A stretch of DNA of 64,000 bases from Microbotryum violaceum (lineage: Eukaryota), in contig CDLV01000005.1 of assembly GCA_001244265.2 (NCBI GenBank), positions 496,001-560,000 of the forward strand, written 5' to 3'. Under the pieces are notes generated by a model that was not told the DNA's origin, did not search any database, and saw only the letters and a list, made by a program, of their open reading frames with translations. Numbering within the stretch: position 1 is the first letter of the stretch; each line of letters starts with the position of its first letter. Positions 62,214 through 64,000 of this stretch are shown piece by piece. Made by a program: the position numbers and the translations under genes.

Positions 62214-64000
62214 ATGGCGGCTACCGCAAATTATTCCACGTCCAGTGGTTCGACCAGTCGTACTTCTATGTTCAAGAGCAAGGTCAGTGCTCGTACGGTC
62301 GCTGTGGTTAAGAGGCCTTGCCGAGAGCCGGAGTTGCGCTGACATCATTTGGTCTCCGGCTGCTCCGGTACACGTTGTATGCAGATCACCAAAGCAGCGC
62401 AGGCCGTTCGCAATTTGTCGCAGCAACCCGTAACCACCTCCGTACCCGAGGTGTTAAGATCCAAACCGCATGACACCCCGCCTTCGTACACGACCTCGCC
62501 CGAAAGCCCAGCCGGTTTGGCCTTCCGCAGGGCACGCTCGGCACTCGCGGGCGTGACCTCGACGGTGACGCCCAAGTCGCCTCGAGCCGAGACTCGAACC
62601 TCTCCGCGACCGAATGATGAAGCACGACAGAACAGCTTTCGTAGGGCGAAGGCCAATTCGGCTTCGTTCCGATTAGCGATTGCAGGAAATGGTATTCCTC
62701 CTTCCCCACCCATGCCCGAGCCTGTCTTCAACGTGCTCTCGATTCAGGGCCTCAAGGACTATGCGCCGGGTCCAGGCCTGGATAACACGGGTTTCACTGC
62801 ACGGGCTCAGACCCCGGATGAAGACGTACCCATGACCCGCGAATGGCGGTACAAGGACAGCTACCTGCCCCGCACATCACTTGGACCCTCATTCACGGTC
62901 CCCGCACTCGATGGACTTGGATTGGTCGGCTTCGGAGAGGAGGACATTGTCATGTCGGACACCACCGCGCAGGCGCACACAGCACGCATGGCAAGATCGT
63001 CCTCCGCCGGCACCCCGACTCAGCAAGGTGACAGCCTCAGCAATAAGTCCGTCACTTCCGAGTCAAAGAACGTAGCTGGACTCACCCGACCGCGTGCAAG
63101 ACTCGATCGGACTAGCTCATCGTCATTGCATACGCTCGAAATCAAGCTAGCATCCGCAAGCTTTAGGCTATCCGCAGCCGATGCGGTAGCACTGGCCGCG
63201 TCGCAACCGCTCGCCGAGTCTGCTTCTCCTCGCAAAACCTCGGTACCGGATTTTCATTCCAAGGTCGCAGAATATCGAAGAAGGGAAACCAACCAGCTCA
63301 ACCCGACTTCGCGACTCGGGGCCATGGGACCGGCGCTCGTTGCTGAGAGGCGGAGAACGGTCGCTGGCGATCCACGATCATTGAGGTTGAGTATGAATCG
63401 AGCTTCCCTGCGCGAGTCTCTGTACAAGCCTCTACCGAGAAAGCCCACGATGCAAGCACCTTCTTTGCGCGGCGCTCCGTCGGGCTATTGTATTCGACCG
63501 AGCGTGTCAACTTCGACCCAAACTCCCTCTTGGTGGCCATCATCAACGTATGCCCCCTCGGCATCGAGCTCGGCCAAGTCTGTTAACACGGACAATACGG
63601 TTCCCTCCACATCTTTGATGCCTAGGAGTGCAGTGCACAAGTGGAGCAACACCCCTCCACAAGCCTATTCGTCTTTCCCCATCAGCGATCTCGCATTGCT
63701 CGCCACGCCTGCCAACCTCGAGGCGTTCCCTTCGCCAAGCCTCTATTCAGTCGCTGACACCGCCGCGTCACCGCCCTTACCGCGACTTCCCGTCGAAGCG
63801 TGGAACTCTTTGACGCTGCAGTACGAGCCCGAGCCCCAACCTGTCCAGATGTCCTCATCGGGCCCCCGCAACATGTCCCGCCGGACGTCGACAAGCTCAA
63901 ACTCGCCGACTCTTCACTCGCCATCGCTCATGTCTTCTGCCCGGCTCGTGTCCCCTGCGATAGTCACCCCGAACGTGAAGGCCGAGTTTGTACCGGCCCC
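62214..64000 (+). CDS. 5' part of a Ser/Pro-rich hypothetical protein, continuing past the window
   Basis: ACCATGG start, 69-nt exon, intron 62283-62384, then a frame that stays open to base 64000 (absent from the ORF track because no stop falls in the window). Confidence 0.75.

Overview
Intron-rich, GC-rich eukaryotic DNA. Gene content and intron style point to a basidiomycete fungus, probably a Pucciniomycotina yeast or anther-smut relative (inference). The left end holds a frameshifted Ty1/copia LTR retrotransposon running off the window, next to the 3' end of a LINE. The genes that follow are: Mso1-like, Gemin2/Brr1-like, an MFS transporter, an Sfp1/JAZF1-type C2H2 protein, Cdt1, CYP53, a histidine acid phosphatase, a hypothetical gene, NOT3/5, the PKA regulatory subunit, RhoGDI, an HSF-domain gene disrupted by a deleted hAT transposon, glycine decarboxylase (GCV2), a Slm1-like BAR-PH protein, THO2, a Pro/RGG-rich protein and the start of one more gene. 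I found no clearly new multi-gene system. Best leads: (i) the hAT derivative inside the HSF-domain gene, whose removal restores the local frame; (ii) a decayed second copy of the CYP53 3' end that brackets the phosphatase gene; (iii) a long, self-complementary first intron in GCV2 with competing helices; (iv) a start codon split by an intron. All exon boundaries and family calls were made by eye from motifs; no searches were run.
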